Origin: Macrostomum lignano
Taxonomy: Eukaryota
Length of the DNA: 64,000 nucleotides
Reading direction: 5' to 3'
Assembly (NCBI GenBank): GCA_002269645.1
Contig: NIVC01000640.1
Location: forward strand, 310,001-374,000
The first letter of the stretch is position 1; the number at the start of each line of letters is the position of its first letter. Of this stretch, positions 1 through 17,900 are shown in pieces. Position numbers and translations under genes: made by a program. The notes under the pieces are model-generated. The model saw nothing but the letters and a program-made list of their open reading frames with translations, was not told the DNA's origin and did not search any database.

Positions 1-361
1 AAGCCAAGCCAGTGGACACAATGCGTTGAGCGTGCCAGTTTTGACAAAGTGGTGAGAAACAGGGCTTGAATCTCCGGCTCAAACTGGTTCCTAATCTCCG
101 GCCTTGGCCGCTCGCTTCCAATTCGTCGCTTGAACACTGCTGGATTTAAAGTCGCGCTGGGTCGGCACCAATCTTTTCCGCAACTGTTGCTTCGTTTATT
201 AATTAATGTCGAGAAAATATACTAGTACTGTTGCCGCTGGTGACTTTCGAAAATAGGTGAGATTTACTGTTTGATGCTTTCTTGTGGGGCTTGAAATAGT
301 TGTCTGCTATGCTTTATTCTTAGTAACATACGCATCACGACCATCTACCCCAGTTTGCCCC

Positions 362-1270
362 CACTACTTCCTGCTAGCCGTATAGGTCCTCAATCCTGCT
401 ACTTCCTGCTACCCGTATGGGTCCTCAATCTTGCTACTTCCTGCTACCCGTATGGGTCCTCAATCTTGCTACTTCCTGCTAGCCGTATGGTTCCTCAATC
501 CTGCTACTTCCTGCTACCCGTATGGGTCCTCAATCCTGCTACTTCCTGCTAGCCGTATGGTTCCTCAATCCTGCTACTTCCTGCTACCCATATGTTCCCT
601 CAATCCTGCTACTTCCTGCTACCCGTATGGGTCCTCAATCCTGCTACTTCCTGCTAGCCGTAAGGTTCCTCAATCCTGCTACTTCCTGCTACCCATATTT
701 TCCCTCAATCCTGCTACTTCCTACTACCCATATGTTCCCTCAATCCTGCTACTTCCTACTACCCATATGTTCCCTCAATCCTGCTACTTCCTACTACCCA
801 TATGTTCCCTCAATCCTGCTACTTCCTGCTACCCATATGTTCCCCCAATCCTGCTACTTCCTGCTACCCGTATGGGTCCTCAATCCTGCTACTTCCTGCT
901 ACCCATATGTTCCCTCAATCCTGCTACTTCCTGCTACCCATATGTTCCCCCAATCCTGCTACTTCCTGCTACCCGTATGGGTCCTCAATCCTGCTACTTC
1001 CTGCTACCTGTATGGGTCCTCAATCCTGCTACTTCCTGCTACCTGTATGGGTCCTCAATCCTGCTACTTCCTGCTACCTGTATGGGTCCTCAATCCTGCT
1101 ACTACCTGCTACCTGTGTGGGTCCTCAATCCTGCTACTTCCTGCTACCCGTATGGGTCCTCAATCCTGCTATTCCTGCTACCTGTATGGGTCGTCAATGC
1201 TCCCCGTTAATTCCCCTTCCTGTGTGACTGTGTGACTCCCTACCAATCCTGCTACCTGGGTCATCAATCT
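362..1270. repeat. 35-bp minisatellite (CCTCAATCCTGCTACTTCCTGCTACCCGTATGGGT)
   Basis: About 24 tandem units upstream of the SLC6 ATG. Confidence 0.95.
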
Positions 1271-1927
1271 TCCTCACAATGTACCTGGGTCGTCAATCCA
1301 TAACAAAAGGGGATGAACCAGCAAGTGTAAGCTGTCAAGAATTGTCTGTTTTGCGCCTGGTTCTAACCTGCCCTGGAAGGAAACCCATGTCTTCTGGTGC
1401 ACTGCATGTAGATTGGCAGCACAGCCCAGATAACACAGTACCTTTTCACCTTGTGCACTATACTGAGTTCGTGCCAAAACGGACTTTACACAGATACAGG
1501 TTGGTTTGCCTTCTGTAATCTCGGCTATAGAGAACTTCTATAGGGACAATAATACTCGTAGCTGATTAAAGTCCGAACAACATAAGAGAAATGCACACGA
1601 AAAACCAGCTTTGCTTAAAATTATCAGCCGGGAGCCAGATAGAAAAGAATTGTTTTTTTATTTCTTTCCAAAGGCACAACCCCCCCCCCAGTCCCCACAA
1701 ACAAGGCACTCGGTGGTGACAGCTTGCACTTTTTATTGATAGATTGAACATTCACTTTTCTGTCAGTCAGTCAGAGAGGGGGAGAGGGGGACATAAATAA
1801 TCCTAGCATTGATATCTAAACTACTCTACTATAAGTAAACTAACTGGAGTAAAAGCCACCACTTATCCGGATATTATTAACAGATTTAAAACATATCTAC
1901 AATAATTAGCAAAGCGGCATTGAGGTA

Positions 1928-7696
<5,769 letters not shown>

Positions 7697-8928
7697 GCTG
7701 AAACTAATTAGCAGAACTGTGTTATTATCAGTTGGTAACCTAATGTAATGAGTCAACGAAGGCACAGCAAGTTTCTGCACTAGTAAAATAGAAAATTAAG
7801 ACTCTAAAAGTTGACGTTAACGGGTTGACGCTTATTAATGGTTGACCGTAGAGATGTTTTTACCTTTAACGAACACATATGCGTTAAAAATTAATTTAAA
7901 ATCATTTTTCATTCGTACGTTAACGCCACTTTCCGTTAACGGAAGTAAAGATTTTAATTAACGATGGCCAAACGCATGGTTATACACAAACAAGATTAAT
8001 GCATGTGTGCTAAGTTGAACATATGAATATTCAATACAGATTCAATTAGTTAAAAACCAGCACAGGAATAGTAATAGTACATTGCAGACAAGGAAAAATA
8101 TATTCTGTATAAGACACTCAGAGAATACATTTCCAATGCAGACGTGACAGCTCGGATTATGCCATTTAAAAAAACCAAAAAAACCCGGAAAAATTGCGTT
8201 TCGAGAAATTACATACAGCCATTCGTGAATATTTTCCGGGTTTAAAAATTATTTTTTTAAATCGGTGACAAGAACAATGGCGTTATAATCCTAGCACGGT
8301 TGTTCTAGCTATCACAATTTCTAATCTAAAAAACTTCATCAGTAATACCGTAGTTCAAACGATATTTTATGATTCGCTTGTGCTCAGGGATTAAATTTAC
8401 ACTAATTATACCAGGTGCAAGTTGCGCAAAATCGGGAATAAATAGCAATACGAGTAGTTTATATCATTTTATATATAGAGCATGTCAGAATAAAGTTCTG
8501 TGGAACTGGGCCAGCAGTACGTCTACATCTGTAGGAATAGAATAACTAAGCAAAGCTTTGTACTGCCTCATCATGATAGTGAGATTCGAATTAATACAGC
8601 TCATAGACATAGGAGTAAGACTGAGAGACTCTCACGAAATAAATTCGTTACAGATGAAGCCGCAGAATCGATTAGAATCCTGCACAACTCAAGCAATTTG
8701 TACTTTTATTATGTATGATTGACATGCACTTAAGCAACAATGTTTATTTTAATTAGGACAGTAAAACAACATCTCTACCGGTATCGCATCAATTATATCT
8801 TAACTATAACACTTATTATGGCGGTTAGAAGCCCCATGGGGTGAATCAATGTTGATGTTGCTTACCAGACTCAATTACTCTAAAGGTGATTCGCCTTTTG
8901 CCGCTCAAAAAACAAAGTCGCAAGTTGG

Positions 8929-11900
8929 TCAGTTCGCGTTAACTGACAGACCTGCGTGCAGCTGATTGCTACACAAACTGCTCCTGCTCTTCCACCATCG
9001 ACTCTTCCACTGCGCACGGAGCCGACTGTGGCGGCGGCGGCGGCGGCGGCGTCGGCGGGGTGGCGGCGGAGTCGGTGATGATTCGACAGCGGCCATGGTG
9101 GCGATCTTGGCCTCCTCAACCACTGCCACCGTTGTTATTGTCTCTGACACGGACTCTTCGACAACTGCGGGCGTTGGGGCGGCTTCAGCAGCCGCGGTGG
9201 CGGCGGTCTTCACCGGGCTGTCAACGTCTCGGGGGGAGCCGCCGGTTGTGGCCGGCCTGGCCATGGGCGGCGGCATCCTGGCGGAGAAGTTCTGCTGCCG
9301 GTTCTTCTTGATCAGGCCGTTCATCGCTTTGTCGTCCATGTCGTGATTTCGTTGGATGAACTTCTTGTTGCCGCCTTGGCCATAGCGGCCGCTGCACTGC
9401 TGGCTCTGATTGTCCTTCTGCATTATCTTCATGTACTTTGTCTCCTTCAGGTGGTTCTGCATGTACTTGTAGTAGGTGTTGAAGTTGTTTCCAATGATCG
9501 GTATGGCCAAGCCAGTCACAATGCAGCCTGCAGAAGGGAGGGGGATTAGTTTTCAGTTGAAATGTCAGCCAGATTACTATGAGTAGCTGGTTAATAATAT
9601 GGCTTAGTAGACTTATAAGATTTTCGGTTTGTAGCTCGACATGAAAAAAGGAAAATTAATCGAGTAAAAAATCAGGTATTCCTCAATCCTGTCGTTAAAT
9701 TATTAGTAATTGCCTTCCCGTATGCCCGTGGCTTGATCATTGCAGCCATTCATCATTGCGTCATGATTTATTGTTATAATATTCCAATGTAAATACAAGG
9801 TGCCTAAAGCCGGTCACCTATGTGCTAATCGAACTGATTTCCTTGGCCTTGCTCAGCCTCTTATAGACGCATCGCTATTGAAAGCATCGGACGCAAGCAA
9901 GTTTTTGGCTTTTTTGTCTACAAATGGCAGAAAATAAATTCCCGAGGAAGAAACGCTTAACCGACAAATGTTCGGGCAATTTTCGCTCCTCCTCCCAGCG
10001 CAAAGCAAGCAAAGCCGGAGTTCAGCTCTGGGCTGAGCTGGCCTGCGCGGCGAATCCACCAGAGACCGCTAAGATCGACGGAGAAAACGAAAAAAAAGAG
10101 TCTGCAGGAGAGAGTCCACGGAGAGCGCGGCTGTGGGAAGCTGGAAGTGCAGTGCAATTTCGCGAAGGATTTGTCTTCCTCCATCTCAGCTTGCTGCCTG
10201 TCGCGCCCGGTCCCCTTATCCCATTTTCCGCTCCCCATCCCATCCCCATCCCATGCCTATAGCGATGCAGCGGTCCGATAAAAAGACATCCCCCACCCAC
10301 CCAAGCAGCGCGCCGCGGTGTGAACAGTGAGCGCTGCTAGTATTGGAAATCTGCACGGGGGAATCTGTGTAAGCCTCTGACTGCAATGCACTTTATGTAT
10401 CACACTGCTCCCAGTGCGTGATCTGCATGGATTTATCTGAGTTCAGTTCAGCCAAAGTTGCGGTCAAGCAGCAACTAAAAAGCAGCTCCAATGATTGTAT
10501 GCGATGCGATACTCATTACGCTTTGCTTGGCGTATGACTTGCTTGACACGCTTGCAATGTCCCATGCTTCATGTTCCCATCCCAGCCTCTGCTTGACACA
10601 CTTGCAATGTCCCATGCTTCATGTTCCCATCCCAGCCTCTGCCTGGCACACTTGCAATGTCCCATGCTTCATGTTCCCATCCCAGCCTCTGCTTGGCACA
10701 CTTGCAATGTCCCATGCTTCATGTTCCCATCCCAGCCTCTGCTTGGCACACTTGCAATGTCCCATGCTTCATGTTCCCATCCCAGCCTCTGCTTGACACA
10801 CTTGCAATGTCCCATGCTTCATGTTCCCATCCCAGCCTCTGCTTGATTCACTTGCAATGTCCCATGCTTCATGTTCCCATCCCAGCCTCTGCTTGATTCA
10901 CTTGCAATGTCCCATGCTTCATGTTCCCATCCCAGCCTCTGCTTGATTCACTTGCAATGTCCCATGCTTCATGTTCCCATCCCAGCCTCTGCTTGACACA
11001 CTTGCAATGTCCCATGCTTCATGTTCCCATCCCAGCCTCTGCCTGGCGCGACTTTCAGATCGATCAGCCGTAGCTAATCCGTTTTTTGTTATTTTTTTCT
11101 TATTCTTCTTCTACTCCTTCGCCCGCGGAGACAATTTCATTATCGATGGGTTGAGACTGAACCATTTACTGCTAGTAATAAGCGCAGCATATTGGGACTT
11201 AAGCCGCAAGCCGCTGGGACACCCGGCTTCGGTGCTGTGAGCGACTGCGGCTGGTCAGGGCAGGGGGAGGCTTAACAGAAAATTGACTTTGTGAAGATTG
11301 CCGCCGCTCAGACAGAAGGGGATACAGGGAAATCCCTATGCTTCTGCAGCACTCGAGCTCCGGTGCATCTAATTACCAACGTTTGAGCAAAGAAACTTCT
11401 CTTACTACATGCATTCTCTTCACTTGAGCCGGGGGTTTAGATACGTACTATTGAAAAAGCTGGGATTTCGCATGAAAATAACACAAATCCGTTGGATTGT
11501 GATTGGATTAACTAGCCAGGTCCAACATAGTTATCACCTGAGTGTGTGGGGGACTTGGCGAATCTTGTAACTATTGCTGTCGCGAGTAACGAATTGTCCA
11601 GCCAGCTAAAGCCTGCCTGTCTGGTGTCTTATGAAATTGGCTGAATAATTGGAAAATCAAGACGCGCAGAGATGAAAAGGAAATTAGCTGGATAAAAACT
11701 CTGACAACTTGGACTTTCGCGGACGCGTCCGTCCATTTGTGTGTGACGGATCGTCGCAGCGGCGTGGAAGCGCTGGTCTGTGAAGATCGGGTCAGCCAGA
11801 TTGCAGATGCCGGTTTAGGAGACAGAACTGTGTGGGGCTGGGAGAAAAACTGGAGCTTTTTGGCAGGAATTTAGGAAGCGAACTTTCATTTGAAGGAAGT

Positions 11901-14900
11901 TTTTGTAAAATGTTCAGGAGGACTACGCTCGTAGCATGGAGGCTGATTTCTCCGATTCAATAAAAGAGAATAACCAATTGAAATTTAAAATATAACCAAA
12001 TTGTATCTCAATAATTTGGCCCGCAAATTCATCCGTGCAAAGCGACAAAGCGACAGTACCACCAAATATACCCCGTGCAAATTCATCCGTGCAAAGCGAC
12101 AAAGCGACAGTACCACCAAATATACCCCGTGCAAATTCATCCGTGCAAAGCGACAAAGCGATATTACCACCAATTATACCGAACAACTCCATTCTCAAAG
12201 GAAATTCTCACTGTGAATAAATAGCTATAACTATCAATAACTTCATCAGCGGTTTTAATTCCCAGAGTGTGCAGGAATTTATGCACTCTGTAGAGCTGTG
12301 AATGAAAATTGTGCACATTGCGTGACAACGGACAGGCATTGAGATCCGTCGCATTTGGTCTCTCAGCTGGGAGAGGAAAGACTTCATCAGGCCCTTCTTC
12401 AGCTCAAATATGGGCAAAGAATTCCTCCTTGAACACTCTTCCTAGGCTCCCAGCAGTCTAAATAAATTTGCTAGCGAAGAAGGCGAAGACCAATTGATGC
12501 CAGTTAAAGCCAGGCACAGTCACGGATGCCCGGGACAGGAATAATGCTGATTAGTGAGTCAGTGCGTTATACTTTCTGGCGGCGTGTGCGGCCATGCGAA
12601 ACTCAACCCGACCAGCCTGCGCGAGAGAGGGACGGAAGTGAGGAGTCACTGGGAATGGAGAATTTTATAGACTGATTCGGACTCAGTAAGCAGTTAGAAT
12701 GGTTCCAAGATGCCGGCATATTTTTTGTGTTTTCTTCTTTTCCTGTGGCCAAAATGTTCATCAATTGACTCCCTTCCTGATAGGCACCTGCAGGCCTTCT
12801 GGGCGTCGCTGTCCTAGAGTCTGTCTTAGTGTCTGTCCTAGTGTCTCTCCTAGTGTCTGCAATAGTGTCTGTCCTAGTGTCTGTCTTAGTGTCTGTCCTA
12901 GTGTCTCTCCTAGTGTCTGCAATAGTGTCTGTCCTAGTGTCTGTCTTAGTGTCTGTCCTAGTGTCTCTCCTAGTGTCTGCAATAGTGTCTGTCCTAGTGT
13001 CTGTCTTAGTGTCTGTCCTAGTGTCTGTCCTAGTGTCTGTCCTAGTGTCTGTCCTAGTGTCTCTCCTAGTGTCTGTCCTAGTGTCTGTCCTAGTGTCTGT
13101 CCTAGTGTCTCTCCTAGTTTCTGTCCTAGTGTCTGTCCTAGTGTCTCTCCTAGTTTCTGTCCTAGTGTCTCTCCTAGTGTCGGTCCTAGTGTCTGTCCTA
13201 GTGTCAGCCCTATTGTCTGTAATAGTGTCAGCCCTATTGTCTGTAATAGTGTCAGCCCTATTGTCTGTGCTAGTGTCAGCCCTATTGTCTGTGCTAGTGC
13301 CTATCCCAATGTCTACATTATTAGCGTCATCTCAGTAATGTCCTAATCGAATCGGCAGCAGACAGCTTTGACGGCACTAAAAATGAACCAAAATGCGCCC
13401 CCCACAGTCCACTGCGGGACTTCGCTCCCCTCGCATTTGCTTGACCGCGAGCAAAAATCGATCCTCATCAAGTAATTGGGACTGCATGCAGAAGGGGAGA
13501 GGGGGATGGAGAACCACATTGGGAAGCTGGGATAAAGTGGGATCTGGCGGGACAAGCGGCCCAGTTTGAGCTCGCCTTGAATGGCCTCTGATTGGGAATG
13601 GGCGGTGCAGATCCCAGCAAAGTCAAAATAAAAGCCGGACAATTCTCAGCAGATCAAACCCTGTCCGGAAGGGTATTTAACGAGGCCGCCAAGTAACTGG
13701 GTGAGGGTGCCATTTCCAGAATCATTTGGGATTCTAATGAAGTAAGTGGGTGAGTGAAGTTATTAAAATTCGAAAGTTTTCAAAAATGGAAAAATTGCGA
13801 TTGAAAGCAGGTTTATTTTCTTATTGAACACGGGCGTTCGGCATTGGCTGGGCGCGGCTAGGCATAAAAACGAGGGCAGACACTAGGACTGACACTAGGA
13901 CTGACACTAGGACTGACACTAGGACTGACACTAGGACTGTCACTAGGACTGACACTAGGACTGACACTAGGACTGATACTAGGACTGACACTAGGACTGA
14001 CACTAGGACTGACACTAGGACTGATACTAGGACTGACACTAGGACTGACACTAGCACAGACAATAGGAGAGGCACTGGGACAGACACTAGGGCTGACACT
14101 AGGACTGACACTAGGACTGACACTAGGACTGACACTAGCACAGACAATGGGAGAGGCACTGGGACAGACACTAGGGCTGACACTAGGACAGACGAATGAC
14201 AGACACTAGGACTGACACTAGGACTGACACTAGGACTGACACTAGGACTGACACTAGGACTGACACTAGGACTGACACTAGGACTGACACTAGGACTGAC
14301 ACTAGGACTGACACTAGGACTGACACTGGGACAGACGCATGACAGACACTAGGACTGACACTAGGACTGACACTAGGACAGACACTAGGACTGACACTAG
14401 GACTGACACTAGGACAGACACTAGGACAGACACTAGGACAGACACTAGGACTGACACTAGGACAGACATTAGGACAGACACTAAGACAGACACTAGTAGG
14501 ATAGACACTAGTAGGATAGACACTAGGACTGATGCAAGGACATACACTAGGACAGACGCAAGGACAGACACTAGGACAGACGCAAGGACAGACACTAGTA
14601 GGACAGACCCTAGGACAGACGCAAGGACAGACGCAAGGCCAGACACTAGGACAGACCCTAGGACAGACGCAAGGACATATACTAGGACAGACCCTATGAC
14701 AGACGCAAGGATAGACACTAGGACAGACGCAAGGACAGACACTAGGACAGACGCAAGGACAGACACTAGTAGGACAGACCCTAGGACAGACGCAAGGACA
14801 GACGCAAGGCCAGACACTAGGACAGACCCTAGGACAGACGCAAGGACATATACTAGGACAGACCCTATGACAGACGCAAGGATAGACACTAGGACAGACA

Positions 14901-17900
14901 CTAGGACAGACGCACGGGGACAGACACTAGGACAGACGCACGGGGACAGACACTAGTAGGACAGACCCTAGGACAGACGCAAGGACATATACTAGGACAG
15001 ACCCTATGACAGACAAACACTAGTAGGACAGACAGTCAATTTGATTTTGACCCCTCAAAGCCTGTTCTGAGCACTCCCTAAGCTGCCATGGCAATCGAAT
15101 GCGGGCTCATTGTCTGATGAGAAATGCTAGGAAAGAAAAGCGAAAAGCAATCGAGATGCTGATTCCGGATCGCAGGAAATTGGAGCAAGGAGGGGTGGTC
15201 CGATTTGAATTTCCCGGGCAGGACAAAGCACCCATTTTATCGGTGAGAGCAAACAACTGTGCCCATGCCATTGTCTATTATCCCAGTCAAATTGACTACC
15301 GTTTCGAATTTTGAAGCCGAAATATCGGTATTGTAGATCTAACAGTGCAGATTCCACTAGACGAAGGTCTTTGACTTTTTTCGTGGGATTTTTCCGTTCA
15401 ATATAGTCTGTGGGAACCGATTAGGAACGCTAAAAGCTAAAAGTTAACACGCGGTAAGACGCGGTAACGCTTATGCCTATGCCTCTGCTAATGTCTATGC
15501 CATGCCTATGCTTATGCTTATGCCTATGCCTATGCCTGTACCAATGCCTACAAGCACAACCTATTATTTACAAACAGTTACACCTGCTCACACCGCCGAT
15601 GCTATATAATTCGAAAAGTAGGATGCAATCAGAAGTAAACTAGCACCTCGAGAGTCCCAGATCCTGTATCGAAAAGTTCAAACCGTACCCCGATCTTTCG
15701 GTAGTTCGCTAGTACATATGCAAGCACTAGAGGGCTCACCAGATACGGCCGCTACAGAGCCGATAATGAAGCCCGGGCCGCCCTTGGGCACAATGTCCCC
15801 GTAGCCCACTGTAGTCAGCGTCACAATGCTCCACCAGAACGCCTGCGGTATGTCCGAGAAAGTGTCGTACTGATTGTACTCGGCCATGTACACCATGGAG
15901 CTGAACAGGAACATGCCGTTCATCAGCAGGAAGCCCAGCAGCACCAGCTCCGGGATCGACTTCTTCACCGTCAGCATCAGGACTCGGAGGCCTCGACTGA
16001 TTTTGCTGATCTTGAAGACGCGCAATATGCGCAGCGCCTGTGACATGAACAGCACGTTGAGCCACCAGAGGTCCACTCCGGCCGACTGCTCCTGCATCGA
16101 GGCACGCAGCTCGTCAGCACCCAGACGATAGTAGTAGAAGAATGTCAGGGAAACGTAGATCCAGTAGGAGCCCAGGATGATGATGTCCATGAGGGAGATT
16201 GGCGAGCGCAGAAACTTCGGCTTGTCAGGCGCGACAACCAGCTTGATGACGAACTCAAATGTGAATATGGCATTGAGAGTGACGTCCACTACTACTAAGC
16301 TTTTCATCGTCTCGGTTTCGCAGTCTTTGCGGAACTTTGGATTCCATCTGCGCGACTCGTTGTTGCACGGCCCCTCGGTGGTGTTGCCCAGGTACACCTT
16401 CGAGCTCGGCGTGCGGAATGCCGTGTGCGTCTGCAGGCAGTAGCACATCACGCTGCAGATCATGAGCAGCAGGAGCAGCATCGCCCACAGCTGAAACAGA
16501 TCAAGCGGACAATGCAGATAAAGTTCATACAGTGAGTCCTCTGCTCTCTCAATCTAGTAGCGACGTGAGCAGGAAGGATCATCGGTCATGATTCCAAGAG
16601 ATCGAAATGAACCCCCCCCCCCAACTGGTTCCATGAACACAACGACTCACTAAATATGAAGGCAACGCTTGGTTTTCTAAAAACATGAATCCTTTGGATC
16701 AGGGGCAGAGGCCTGACCGAGGGCGGTCGTGCGACGCACACCCACAAGGGCCGCCCCCCGAAGGCACAGAGAGTGTACATGCCTGCCGGTTAGAAAGTCA
16801 GGGCTTCTGTACATCCTGTGTGAACAGTGCATGAGTCCGCGCGCTTGTATCTCAGCTCCTATGTGCTCAGGAGCCAGCGGAATGGACAGAATCGACCCAG
16901 CACTGGTTGTGGGACGTTGCTTTCCAGAATTGTAGGAAATTATTGACCATTTGCAGTGTCTTCTTTTGCACGTCTTGCTGCTCAAAATGTAAATGGTTCC
17001 AAAGGGCAGATTTTTGCTTAAATTATCGATTCAACGCCTTGACAAACATGTCGAATTCTCTCTCCGATGAATGCTGCAGGATAGTTTGAGCTCCCAAAGG
17101 GGTGCACTGCGACGCCTCTAGAGACAAAGTTACTTTTTGCTATGTAGATTTTTATAGTCTAGCAAAGGAGGAATTTTGCCAAATCGGAATGTAAATAGCT
17201 GGGTCGCTATTTGCATATCTGCGGTGAAGCCCCAGCATCGAGTGTTTTCTAATTAATTTAACGTCGACCACAGATACTAGAATAACTAGATGGGCCACTC
17301 AGCACATTTGCGTGTAAGCTACTTTCCGTTAAGTAGTAAGTTAAACTGAAGCATTTTAATGTATTTTAAAAGCCAAGGCTTCTTTATTGGTTCTTAACCC
17401 CCCAGATTAAACCCTCCAAGCGTGCCCTTCCACCCTACCCCCTCCACACGACTCCAATTTATATTGCCTTTCTCGGAATTCCAGTCTAAAGCTGCCATGT
17501 ACATTTCAGTGACTGGCTAATGTACATTATTGCTGAACCAATTAGCAAGCTGTTTAACGCCTGCGAACTTGGGCTTCTAAACCTATCAAAGTCATTTCAG
17601 CTGCCTTTATAAAATAGCTTATGTATTCTTCTTTGCTACTGAACTGAAATTAGAAAGCTGTTTTATTCAAACACTAAGAATATACGACGTATATGCCCTG
17701 AGTGGCCCATCTAGTTATTTTAGTATCTGTGGCGTCGACTGACCAAGAAAAACCACAGAAGAATATTCTGTGACAAAAACTGCTTTAAATGCGAGTCAAC
17801 GTTTGCTTCTTTTGAATACTGACTTGCTATTTCGAAAAGGAACCAACTCTATATAGATTTCCGTGCGTTGTCACAGAGTGAAAGGTGGAGTTAAGGTGGC

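Noticed and set aside
355-1235. Overlapping ORFs of 141-259 aa
   Set aside because: Translations of a stop-poor 35-bp minisatellite; the same peptide cycles through all three frames.
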